Source: Harriotta raleighana
Taxonomy: Eukaryota
Reading direction: 5' to 3'
Length of the DNA stretch: 64,000 nucleotides
NCBI GenBank assembly: GCA_050575255.1
Contig: JBNZDD010013714.1
Coordinates: 6,330,205-6,394,204, forward strand
The position numbers and the translations under genes were made by a program. The notes under the pieces were generated by a model. That model was not told the origin of the DNA, did no database searches, and saw nothing but the letters and a program-made list of their open reading frames with translations. Each line of letters opens with the position of its first letter. The first letter of the stretch is position 1. Below, piece by piece: positions 25,553 to 37,661 of the stretch.

Positions 25553-27401
25553 CAGTACATTATTCTGTATAATACGCACAAACAGTGGTTCCTTACCACA
25601 TCCTTAGCACTTTATTTCTTCACCAATTTACATCATAGTAGACAAGAGCGGATACCAGGCTCCATGACCCAATCACATGATCAGAAAAGCAGCGAAAGTG
25701 TACCATGTGATTTGAAAAGCAAGGGATCTCTGGATTTATTGCACTGACTAATACAAGGAGCAAAAGTCCTATACCAGTTTCACCTTGTGATATTGGTAAA
25801 ATGGTTTCAACAACAAACTGCAAAAACTATCAGTGAAGTCAGTAGAACATTGATAAGTTTTAACCGAGGTAGAGACTGACCTAAAAATCATAGTGAATTT
25901 TTCATTCCCCCAGCAGATATGCTGTCTTTGAAAACTGCCACTACAGATCTTTGTAAAATTCACTGTTTTTACAGCAGCGCATTATTGCTGCATGAAAGGG
26001 GCTTAATACTTGACAGTCAACAGCAGCAATAATAGTGTTGTAGAATTAGTCTAAAACAGAGATTAAGATTCTGGCCTATAGAGTCAGGAATAGGATATCC
26101 CACTAACCCCAGTCAGTTTCAGGCCATCTTTTGTTTGTATAATCGATGTCGTGAAGGAAGTTTTTAAACTTACCATCATAAGGGAGCTCCAATGATATCC
26201 TATGTTATTTCGGTAAAATTCAAGATTAAGGTAGGATTTCTCAAGTCACGTCCTGTCTTCCATTATTTGCTACCACTAACGAAAACTCCACAGAACACAG
26301 ACTCCTTTCTCAAAAACAAAAATATTAAAACCACAGTTTTAAAAAGAAAATGCACCTGAGATATAATATATAGTTGCCAACTTTTCTGAAACATAATAAG
26401 GGTATTCAGACTTCTGTGTCACAGAAAATCCCTTAAAACAGGGTCAATGGTGAATCGACATTGGGTTTAATAAAGCCAGTAGATGGCAATGGAGTGACAA
26501 GGCCAACAAGCTATAACAGGCTTGGGCTCAAATAACACTTGTAGTAGATTGAAGATATTTCACTGGGCACACATGTCAAACAAACACATGATACACCTAA
26601 GGTTTCGTGTATAATATTTCAAGAGGTTAGCTTCTGGTCTGCAGCCCATGGCTCTAAATAGCATGGAGACTTCAATATCATTTTAGAAATTACAAGCAGA
26701 ACGCCTTGTTTTGACTTGTCCATTCACTCAATACAAAATATTTAAGTTAAAACCTTAACCTTTCGAGCATGCTAATGTCTTGGGTGTGTTCTGCACACTT
26801 CAGTTCTTGCCAAATTAAGTTACACATCAATATATAATATATATATATATACTGTACTAAATAAGGCCAACTATGGGATTGATGTACAAGACTTGAGCAG
26901 CAAGTAGCTCCTATTTCCTTCAGTACATCTAACACTGCTCCCAAAGAAAGGTTTAACGTTTTTGTTTAACAAAACAGGATTCACCACTAGAAGGAAGAAC
27001 TATCTGTACAGTCCTATATAAAAAAAACGAAATGTTGGCAAAGCGTGGTTAATGTGAATTTCACAACACGGATGACGATTCAAACGCAAAAAACGGAAAT
27101 GATAAGTCTGGACAACATAAAAAGATTACAAGTATGCAGAGCAGTAAAAACCCCTTTGTAGCACATTTCATAGGTTAAAGAAAACAAAATCTGAATTAAT
27201 ACTAGAGGTAGCCAGCTGTTCAAAAGTCTTTTAGTTTCACTTCATTTCTTGTTTACGTTTGACTCTCAAAGTACAGAATTTCTAATTAGAATAACAATAC
27301 TGCAATGGGTCGAAGACCATGGAATCCAGTCAAGCTCTCCTTCAAATCGGGTACTATGGTTCCATTACTTAAGTTCTTGTTACATACATACCCTGTTCTG
27401 C
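24780..27401 (-). other. nkd1: Probable nkd1 3'UTR (~2.6 kb)
   Basis: AU-rich sequence after the stop with no TE I could recognise. ATTAAA on the minus strand at 24799-24804; TE fragments resume just beyond (~24660 and leftward). Earlier AATAAA hexamers near 25432, 25611 and 25735 could be alternative ends. The end point is inferred. Confidence 0.6.
25506..25552. repeat. Compound (CA)n(TA)n microsatellite in the 3'UTR
   Basis: Read directly from the sequence. Confidence 0.95.
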
Positions 27402-27985
27402 TCATGTCTGGTAGAAGTGGTGGTAATGATGATGATGCTCATGGTGGTGATGGTGTTCATGTCTCTGAACAATCCGACCAACATGGCCTTCATAGAGCAA
27501 AAGAGATGGCAAATCCCTGACATGTTCCTGCTCTACCACTCTTGAAGGTGGATGGAAAGCTTTATACACATGATGGTTGTCCTTAGCCCTCTGCCTGTGT
27601 TTCTTGTAGCTCTGCTGATGGCTGAGTTGCATGGGTTGGTATGGAATATTTGGGCCTACAACCACAGGAGTCGAGGTCAGTGGCATGTAAGGACCTTGTG
27701 AAAGCTTGTTCTTTCCAACCTTTCCAGCTGGGGCTGCGGCCATCATATTTTTGCTCAGGGTTTTGGGAGATTTGACTAAGTGCTTGTTCAAGTCCTGATT
27801 TCGGAGTCTATGTTGCAATTCAATCACCCTAGCGTTTGGAGACTCGTGATGGTGGCTGTGGCCTGGATCCATGGTTTGGGATCTCCTATGGTGACTGTAC
27901 ATGACTTCAGGCTCATGTGATCGGGACCTGGCTTGGTGAGGAACCTTTGTGTGATTCTCCTTTCTCGAAGCCACTGGAGGTGAAC
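27402..27985 (-). CDS. nkd1: nkd1 terminal coding exon, GSPPVASRKE...RSRSHEPE...HEHHHHHEHHHHYHHFYQT*
   Basis: cacag acceptor, phase 1; 584 nt to TGA. The poly-His C-terminus ending YHHFYQT identifies NKD1 rather than NKD2. Matches ORF 27402..28013. Confidence 0.96.
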
Positions 27986-28843
27986 CTGTGCAATGAATGC
28001 TTGCATTAGTCAATCGAAAGGAAAGATTTTAATGTTGTTGGTCTGATGTGATAAATGAGTGTTAAATTAAATCACATTATTTTGCCCTTCATAATTAGTC
28101 CCCCAGTATCACACACCTTTTCCCTGACCAACAGGTTGGAAAGTTAATTTCCTACTCACAGTAATTTCCTACTCCCCCACCCCCCCACCACCACCACAGT
28201 ACTCTACACAGCAGCATATCTTAATTCTGTGTATCACCTACACAAAGTTGAATGCAGGAATTCACTACTTGAGGAGTGGCTGGCACAAACACCCATTCTA
28301 CCACTCCAGACCCTGTTACAAGCACACACCACATACATTTACAAAAAGCAGAGCATCATCCCCATGAGATATGCTGCTGAAGCATATAGACCAGACCAGG
28401 TTGCTCCTGGATTCAATTCCCTCGGTTGGTGTTGAGTTAGATTAATTTTTCTTTAAAACCATGTCTCTAGTATGTCAAGGTGTTTTTCGAGCATTTGAAA
28501 AATAGCTTGAAAGTATCACATAAACCAACATTGCGGTGTTTATCATTGAAAAACTTACTTGTTGAATGATTCTACTGAGTTTCAATTTCTATTTGTGGAT
28601 TTTGTGACAAAATATGGCCATTCCTAGATTAGGAAAAGGAAAATATGGTGCTAGAATGCTAACTTTATACAGTAACGGGATCAGGCTCAATATCTGGTTG
28701 AATATGATGAGGAGTGAAACATCATATACCACAAATTATCTGCCTGAGAAATGTTATCTTTGCTTTAATGTATCTGCTGTAATGTAAACCTCAAAGGAAC
28801 ATACACAACCCTGGGGAAGACCATCTGGTTGGTCCTAATGTAC

Positions 28844-28974
28844 CTGGTCCAAATTTGGAGGTGTAGTTCTCTATCCCTGCCAAGTCAAGGTAGTGGTTTC
28901 TCCTTTCAGTATTCTCATCCACACAATGACGATGGCACTTACTCTGGTGGGGATGCTGATCGCTGTTATGGCGT
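28844..28974 (-). CDS. nkd1: nkd1 coding exon (exon 9 equivalent), RHNSDQHPHQSKCHRHCVDENTERRNHYLDLAGIENYTSKFGP
   Basis: ctcag acceptor and gtacat donor; 131 nt, phase 2 to 1. Contains the conserved vertebrate Nkd ~30-aa motif HCVDENxERRNHYLDLAGIENYTSxFGP. Confidence 0.96.
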
Positions 28975-29329
28975 CTGAGGAAGAGAATGTAATTAGCAAG
29001 TGCCCCTCACAGCAATCTCTTTCCATAAACTCCTATTTATTTCCCTCCCCAATAATAATCATGGTTCATTTAACCCTTTGCATCAAACCAAAGTTATTCA
29101 AAGTCTTGAGTCATCCCAGTTTATTCAGTTTAGCATATTATCCCCCAAGTGCAGCACAGAAATCTCGACACTCTCTCAAGTCTTCATGGAGTTTCTATGT
29201 AAAGCAATCATTTTGCCTCAGATCATCTGAAAGAGGTGTGAAATGTTGTAAGGTAATCCTGATACCTGCTGCGACATTTTAAACATCTCAGGATACTTTC
29301 TGGTTCCATTTTTCAAACCAGCTTCTTAC

Positions 29330-29414
29330 CTGAGGGGAGCCCGGTTTCGTTTCTCCGCATTCTTGAATTCCTCCGCAGACTTGATTTCAGCTTTCTGCCT
29401 TGAACAATGCAGAT
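29330..29414 (-). CDS. nkd1: nkd1 coding exon (exon 8 equivalent), DLHCSRQKAEIKSAEEFKNAEKRNRAPLR
   Basis: tag acceptor and gtaag donor; 85 nt, phase 1 to 2. Ends RAPLR as in NKD1 and bridges the phases of both neighbouring exons exactly. Confidence 0.93.
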
Positions 29415-30019
29415 CTAATGCAGGTGAAATTGGGTGAATTAGTTCCTTTTCCAATGTTAGTTATATTTACTGATTCTGAGTGGGAACTTACCAGCAAAAC
29501 ACATAGTACGCTAACAGCATTGTTGCAATGTAGGATGTACATTACCCTGATCACTTAAGCACATCTACAGCACTGTAATAGGTTATGATGCAATTTACGC
29601 TGATCACTTAAATACACCTAAATGATTGGGACTATAAAGAGAGAATTATTATTATTATTAAGGAGAGTGTGAAAAGACTGCTGTTTTAGACTTCACTGTC
29701 AGCAGACCTACCTTGCCTCCCTGGTTCCAATAATTTGTGTGTCAAGCTATGTGTTTTCATGTATCATTCCTGATCTCAGCAGTGCTATTGTGGAGAGTCC
29801 TTAGGGAGATGAGATATATATCCCTTGGGGATAGTGGAAGAATTAGAGATGGAGACACCATCATAGAAACCAGCTACAGGCATAAGGTTCCTGGTATCCC
29901 TCTCAATTACAAAAGCAACTTATGCCTTCATCCAAACCTTGTGATTTACCCTATGTTTGTTTCTTAAGTCTCTGGCCAATTTGTGCTCCATTTCACAACA
30001 TTCTCCATAATCCCACTTT

Positions 30020-30325
30020 TTAACATAAAATCTTTTTGTAGCAAATACCTCCTGAAAGCCCGAATATCCAAACCAGTATTACATTACTCTTGTCTATCAA
30101 TCCTGTTACATCTATAGAAATATCAATAAATTTTGTCAAGCATAGTCTTCCTTTCACAGACTCAAGGAGCTGCCTTTACTCTCTTCCGAAGTACTTCAAT
30201 TGATTTCCTTGTAATAGGTTTCATCCCTTTTCCATATTTTAGTTGTCAAACTGACAATCCAAGGATCAAGTTTCTGAGGTTTTTCAAAGACAGGAACATT
30301 AGCTATTTTCCAATCATCTGATGAT
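30020..30325 (-). mobile_element. Degenerate CR1 RT fragment in an nkd1 intron
   Basis: Reverse strand shows gattggaaaatagctaatgttcctgtctttgaaaaa (DWKIANV.P.FK-like) and gtgaaaggaagactatgcttgacaaaattt (KGR.CLT.L-like). Confidence 0.65.
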
Positions 30326-30487
30326 ACTCTTCAGCTTCAAAGCACTTTGATTCGCTTTATTTCTATCTTTACATTTAATTCTGTTTTCTTAGCAGTTCCA
30401 GATACAGTGTTTGTTTTAATGGCTATTTTGTTTCTAATATGAGTTTCCCCCCCATGTTCTCTATGAACCAGCAAATGGAAATCTTAC

Positions 30488-30632
30488 CTGTCTGCCACAT
30501 TTGACCTTTCTTTTTCTGGCTTGAATCGGGTGTCACGGTTAGCTTTACCCGCAGGGTTTTGCTGGTATTTGGCGAGTGGTTCACGGATGAATCTACTACC
30601 TCATAGATTGTGTGCAGAAGACTTGTAATGTC
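30488..30632 (-). CDS. nkd1: nkd1 coding exon (exon 7 equivalent), DITSLLHTIYEVVDSSVNHSPNTSKTLRVKLTVTPDSSQKKKGQMWQT
   Basis: tttacag acceptor and gtaag donor; 145 nt, phase 0 to 1. Second half of the EFX domain. Confidence 0.97.
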
Positions 30633-30816
30633 CTGTAAAGGTATTGCAACAAGACTGTTGGGAATATCCCAGCAATGTAACAAATCATTTTTACAAACCA
30701 CAATTCTAAGATTAAAAATCCCTCTTTTATACTCAGTGAGTGAGGTTAAAATGAACATGAACAGTGATGGAAGGGTGAAGCTCTGTAGAGTATGTGCATT
30801 AAATTGGATAATAACC

Positions 30817-31200
30817 ACAACAACAACTTTGATTTATATAGTGCCCTCCACGGTGTCTCAGAGCGCTTCACAACAACGGATCCCGGGACCGAGCCAGGGG
30901 CAGGGGTAGAAAGGTGACCAAAGGCGCAGTCGAAGAGAAGGGTATTTAGCTGGGACCTGAAACTGGGAAGAGAGGGGGCAAGGCAAAGGGAGTGAAGAAG
31001 GGAATTCCAGAGTCTTGGAGTGTAGTGGCTGAATGCATGGCCACCAAGGGTGGAGGAGGAGGATTTGGGAGACAAGGACGAGGTCAGACCCAGTGGAGTG
31101 AAGGCAATGGGTGCTGGTTTGAGGAGAGAGGAGGTCGGAGAGGTAGGGGGGTGCAGAGGAGTGGGGGATTTGAAAACAAGGGTGAGGATCTTGAAATTGA
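30817..31200 (-). mobile_element. L2 LINE (family B) 3' fragment
   Basis: Reverse match to ~60667-61065; encodes TLGGHAFSHYTPRLWNSL; (CAA)n tail. Confidence 0.9.
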
Positions 31201-34200
31201 TAATAATAATCTTGTAATTCCTGTGATCCTATATTTACAGTGCCTTATCACATATTTGAGACATTTCAAAGAACTTCACAAGATAAACTGTAAAGTGGAT
31301 TGTATATTTTGTGGATGAAATGCAACAATCAAATGTTCCACAAACTGTCATGGGTTGAGTGACCAATTTTATTTGGGGGAATTTCCTGGAATTTGTTCAC
31401 CGAAAAAGGACAACCTGAGAAGCTCCTTTCTCTTTTCAAATAGTGTGGTGGGATTTTAAAGATAAATGAAGATTTTACTTTTTGATATGAGGTGATGTGT
31501 GATCATTCCTGATGCATTTTGTGCTCATTCAGGAGACATTTGTCAATGTGTTTTTCAAAATCCTCTGTGTGAAGAAATACATCCTAATATCAATTCTAAG
31601 TGTCTTGGTTCTGAATTTTAAGGCTATTCCCCTTGTAATTGATTCCTGTACCAAGGAAAATGTATTATCACTATGTGTTCAGAGGATGAAGTGAAATAAG
31701 TCAAAAGGGACTTTTTCATCCAAACTTCTTGAAAAGGGGAGTCCTTCAGATCATGGGTTCTACTCTGGATTTTATCGCAGTTTCCAGAGATGGTACTAAT
31801 CCATTCAGAAACCCAGTCCCTCTTGTTTTTCCGCTTTACCTTGGTTATCTACAACGTGTAAATGAGTTCATTTTACTTTGATGTTCAACACATTCACTGG
31901 TTTTGGATTAGTATCAAAAGAAAATCTGTATAAAGCCTGCATATTACTTTATTCTGAAAACTCTGAAGAGTTCATTTGAACAGTTGTCAATTCAAATGAA
32001 AATGTAATAAATGTTTCCAGCAGTCAGAGCAATATTGTTATACAACTGACATTTTGGGCAAGCTATTTGGTACAATCTTCAAACCAAGAGTTATAGAACA
32101 GAATTTTCTTACAGTTCCCCATTGGTTGGCACAGAGCAAGAAAAACTCAAGTTGCAACAATCATTGGAAATCATAATAACACAAACTTTAAAACATTACC
32201 AAGGTATTAGGAAGCAATGTTGTTTTGTTTAATAAGGTATGGGCACAGTTGGAGTAATTTCCCAGAGGATGTGTCTACACCTCCTTTCCTGCCTTGGATT
32301 CCTGCAGACCTGCCTTCTTAGAAAGATCTTTATATGAAGATCCCCTTCCCCAACATGAGGATACTTTTTAACTTAAATTAACCCTAGAGCAACAACAACA
32401 ACAAATTACATTTGTATAGCGCCTTTCACGTTGGGAGGACGTCCCAAGGTGCTGCAAAGCTACACACTGAAAGAACGAGGCATCTTCTGTGTTCACTAGA
32501 ACAATCTATGCAGTTCTTGCTTTACAAGGCTTCTAATTACACTACAAATTATAATTATTATTACACTACATATGCAAACCACCAAGCAGCTCCAGCATGC
32601 AAAGATTTAAATCAGTATTAAGCAGTGCAGCTGTAAAACTTTATGGATCAAACAGATTAAGTTTAATAATTCTGATTCCAAGTTTTTTACCAAAGTCCCT
32701 GTGAAGATAATTACAGCGTAACTATCAGTTCTCAAAAGACCATAAGAACAAAATGAATTGGGCCTTCAAAAGGCTGAAAAATAAAAGAGTAGGATAGAGG
32801 CGAATGATATTAGCCTGTATTTTTCATGCCAAAAGCTTGGGAATTTATCTTCTAATACATACAAAGCACAGTAATTGAGATTTTTGCCAAGACTTGAGCA
32901 GCTAATCGGTCTGCGTTCAATATTTAATTTACAAATACATTCCACACAGGTGTTACTTTATCACAATTCTTTTACAACAGGACCAGTGGCAATTTTTCTC
33001 TCATTCATTTGGGCGTCCATCCTGTTCTAAACTCAGTTTAAGAATTCAATATATTTTCACTAGCATGAAAGCTGACAATGGTTAATCCCAAACTCCAATT
33101 AATGTGTGTTCATCAACTTTCCTCTCAATTTAAGATACAAATGCATCCCACCTCTGTACTGACTGTGACAACTTTTAACAAGGCAATTGGAGCCGTATTT
33201 GAAAACAAACAATACAAAAGCATAAAGGGGAACAGGAAACAATATCAAGTTGGCGTAAGAGCAGGTAGCTCCAATGGAAGAGTCAACAGCAGAAAATCAA
33301 TGCACTGAATAACTTCCATCTGTACAATAATATCTTTGATTATGATGCTCAAAGGGACATTAGTCGTCATGTTTTATAAAGGCTTTATCAATTTTGCTGG
33401 GATCTAATACATTTCATGGGAGGATGGTAGGCTTTGATGGGAGGATGGTAAGGTAGTATTCTGAAGGGATGAGATCAGACGAGCCAAAGGACTTTTTTTT
33501 CCAGTTTAAACCAATCTTGTACATTGAAATTTGCCATTGCCCTATACTACTAAAACAGCCAAAATAACATTGTGGCTGTTTCACCAACTTTCCGTTTCTC
33601 CTTGTGCACTACACTGAAAGAATATCTCCAAATAATACCAATTCTGGAAATAAACTTGAAGTCTTCAATAAGCTGTAGTGTTTTGAACACATTTGAGTAT
33701 AATTTTACTTTTTCTTGTAATTCATTCGGTATGTAATGTGGAAATTTGTAATTGGATGATGAAGGAAAATAACTAGGGCTTTGCAGCAGCCCATTAAGTC
33801 AGAACGCCAAGGTAGATATTATTTTCTTAGCGCTTTACCTTTTACTTCTTAAAGTATGGCATGGAAAGTGTTTTGATTCTATTCCCCCTACAATTATTTA
33901 GCTGTTGATACAGTCGACTTGGGATAACAGGGTAGGGCAAGAGAAATATTCACAATCATCAGCCCCAGCTAAAGTTAGTTAGGGATCATTAGTAGTGTAC
34001 TTTTATGAACAATGCAAACCTTTATAGATGTCTAGTTAGATTTGCCTCCACTCATGGTGAGTAGCAGCTTCCTTGAAACTAGACTTCCTAGGTCTAGCCC
34101 ATTGATCTAATCAATGCAACGATAAGTTGCGGTGTGGTTGTTAGCATTTGCCTAGCTTGCAAATGAAATGCTCTAGAGTGTATTCAAGATAATGTATGCC

Positions 34201-34818
34201 AAGTGGGAGATGCCAGTCGTAAAATAAATGCTTTGAAACTCCTCTGCTTTTGTCGTGAAACAAACCCAGCACCGTTTAAAGTTTGAAAGTTTCAAAGTTT
34301 CTAGTTATGCAACCGGCTATGAGTTTCCAATTGAAAACTAACCGGGCAAATAAAGAGCAACTGGAATGTCGAGTTGGAAGGCAACACATTTTATTGCTGA
34401 GAACTCCCAAGGGCTGCAGGAGAAGAATTAAGAAGAAAACTGACCACTGTGCAAACTCAACCATTCTTATCTAAACACTAGCTCCCAATCCACAATGGAA
34501 GTGCTCAACCACACTCCTTTTAAGGATCAAAAAGTTAACAGGATTCAACTCTGCTGGAACTAACTGAACCCAACTCATTACTCAGTAACTCGACAGTCCA
34601 TTCAGTCACGTCAACACTGCTTATTAAGCTGTTTTCAGAACCTGGGTTTCAAGATTTCTATTTGTAAAACACTGGTGATGAAACTTTAGCTCAGTGTTTC
34701 CTATTTGTTCTGATTATGACAGCCCAAGTTTTAAGAAGACAAAGAAGGGTTTAACAACATTTATGTTGAAGGGGGTGGGAAGCATTAAAAACATGATGTG
34801 AGCATCTGTCCAGCTTAC

Positions 34819-34914
34819 CTCACGAGTGACTTTCCCATTGTTATCAAAGTCATACAGAGTGAATGTCCACTCCTGCCTGTTGTCTTCCTCTACAGATACA
34901 TCACATTCCAGCTC
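34819..34914 (-). CDS. nkd1: nkd1 coding exon (exon 6 equivalent), EFX/EF-hand ELECDVSVEEDNRQEWTFTLYDFDNNGKVTRE
   Basis: ttacag acceptor and gtaag donor; 96 nt, phase 0 to 0. EF-hand loop DFDNNGKVTRED of the Dishevelled-binding EFX domain. Lies inside ORF 34714..34932. Confidence 0.97.
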
Positions 34915-37557
34915 CTGTAAAATGCAGTTCAAGGCTACTTCAGACTCTCAACACAGGCACACAAGCCTTGATACAACTCTGCACCATAATACTGTAATCA
35001 GCAAATTGCTGAGTTCAGAACAAGGCAAAGAATGCTAAAGTGTCTTTCAATTGGTGCAATGGATCTTAACATAGTAAATACATTGCATTTGTCCAAATTT
35101 TTATCGAGGTGTAATAATTACCTTTACACACCTCACCAAACCTTGTGAAAGTTTGCCGATGCTCTTTGCAATTACAGTACAGTGAATTCCTGATGTAGAT
35201 ACATAGTCGATTTGCAATCAATCATTGCTCTTAGAGAAACAGATGCAGCCTCACCACTTATACTTCTATCCGCTTAGACTTTCAGCAACTTAAAGCAGAT
35301 TAAAAACACAATCCATTTTCATATTCAAGTGTTGTTTTGATAAATAAGTAAAAGGTCAAACTTCTAACTTGCTTTCTTTTACTTGGACTTAAGCAGAGGA
35401 TTGCCAGTGCTGTTCAAATGGAGAGGAATTATTTTGGCCGCCAGCAGAGTATATATTTTTCATTTTAGATTTTAAAACTGCTATACCTGCATTAATCTTA
35501 AAATCAGGACTTGCTTTATATCAATATATTCTCTATATACACATCCCTCCTGTTTTCTAAAGACATGAAATGGTTCCCTTGTTGTCTCGTCCAAGTGATC
35601 GCTCTTTATGTACGAGTAAAGAGTTCAGGCAACGAGTGTCTGCAGGCTATTCAAGCATGACTGAGTTCAATCCTGTCCTCAATCAACACCCACCCACATA
35701 CTTACTGCCAGGGGTCATTGGATAGTGATGAAAGTGGGAACCCTTGATGGATTTTTTCCACTCCCTTATCGAATCATGTGTCTCCATCACTGCCTTGGCT
35801 GAGATTAAAAGCTCAAGACCAGTAGCCAAAATGGGCTTTCCCTGCATGTGGCCCAGTAACCACATTAAATGGCACATTGGCCCACTGAGCAAATGGGGGA
35901 GGTAATTTACCATTGTATATGTTTCAGTGAGAAAGGGTTAAATTCTTGATTTTAGTGCTACACTGTTGACACATGCAGAATTTGCTGTTAAAAGTCAATA
36001 ATACTAAAACCGTTCTCTCTTTTAGAAAGCGATCCTTCACTTGCCAGTTAAAATATTTCCCTTTGCTCCAGTGTATATCTCAGCACATCAAAGTTTTAGT
36101 GTTCTGCCCTGCAATTATCCTTTTGACATATTCTTTTGACTTCCATCAGTGGGACAGAAATTGAAGCATCTGTGCATTAAAGTGGCATCTAAATGGCCCA
36201 AATGTTAGCATTATCATCAAAGTGAATTGTTTTACTCCGAGCAGACGAAAAGCTAGAATTCATCAACTTCCATCCAAATGTTGCAACTTTGTGCGCAAAT
36301 ATTCTCCGTTTATCCTGAAGTAATTTTTCTTAACTTCATATTACTCTGCCACACACAGCATGCATATTTACTGGTTGAAAGCAACACGTTAAGTTGAGTT
36401 GGTATTTTTGTTAAAATATATAGCGTGTCTAATTATTTTTTTCCAATTTGTTCCTTAATGACACATGCCTCTGCTATGGTGCAGTTTCACACACACACTG
36501 CTTGCCCTCTAGTACACTCCTGAAGTTACTATTGTTCATATGTTAGTCGTGTCACCAAATGTTGGCCGGCCACTCAAATATAGAGGGCATCTCAGTTCAG
36601 CTTGACCTCTCCCCAACAGTGGATGATGCTGTGGAAGGGATGAGCATCAGTTACTCTTGTTCATTCCCCACTTCCTTACCCTAAGAAAGCTGTGGCTAAT
36701 TTAGGCCTCCCCTCAAGCAACCCTGGCTGAGATCAGCAGAGCTGAATTCTTTAATCCTTGTTTATGCAGATGTGGAGTTAGGCAAAACAAGTACATTCAT
36801 TTCCAATTTGCATTAAAAAATTGATGTTCATCAAGGCCACAGGAGGATCCTCAAGTAATTATTAAACAAACATGAAAAAGCTATGTAAGTGCATTAGCTA
36901 GATATGTATGTGTATTAATACGAGCTTTACATCTGGGCCTCTTGTGTGGGAGAGGATGAGGGGCAGGGATTTTTCTCCATCAGTGACTGCTTCTGAAATA
37001 TAAGGAGCTGTGTGGTAAATCATAGTTCTTGTTCCTCTCCTGGGTCCTGTCTCAATGTGGAGAATACTTTACAACTGAAATGAAGCAATTGTTTTAACCC
37101 ACTGCACTCACAGAACATCTGGATGAATCCAAATCTTTGCTCCATGTAGAAACCTCCCACAGACCAGGAACAAACAATAACAAATCTACGTAGGGAAAAA
37201 CCCTTCTTATGCCATCTCCTGAATAAATTGCACTTGAAAAGGAGGAGAAATAGGAGGTGCGACTTTTGTTTAAATAACTGAATTAGTCTGTGGTGTCTAA
37301 CTTCTGCTGATTACTAAATATTTTTTTTCACTGTGTCATTTAAACTCAAATCAGTGAAAAAAATATTCTGTTTGTGTGATTGAGCATATTCACAAGGTTT
37401 GGCCAAGGCAAAAATATTTCATTGTGCATACTGATGATGCAACTGCTCACAGTGATGTAAACCATTCATCCATTCAATTTTTCCTTTGGTTTAAGAACTG
37501 GATCGAGTGACCGTATAGAGTGACTAGTATGTAGGTTTAACTTTAAGAAAAACTCAC

Positions 37558-37661
37558 TTCAAATTTGAGTTGCTTCTTCATGCCACTCTGTGCAGCTCCT
37601 TTTTCTATTCTCTTCTCAGTCACATTATTGAAGCCATCTGTCTTCTCTGGAGGTAGAGCGA
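37558..37661 (-). CDS. nkd1: nkd1 coding exon (exon 5 equivalent), VALPPEKTDGFNNVTEKRIEKGAAQSGMKKQLKFE
   Basis: cag acceptor and gtgag donor; 104 nt, phase 1 to 0. VALPPEKTDG and KKQLKFE are NKD1 signature sequences. Confidence 0.95.

Noticed and set aside
27249-27545. Antisense ORFs with VVVMMMMLMVVMV or GGNDDDAHGGDG runs
   Set aside because: They are shadows of the His-codon repeat on the opposite strand.
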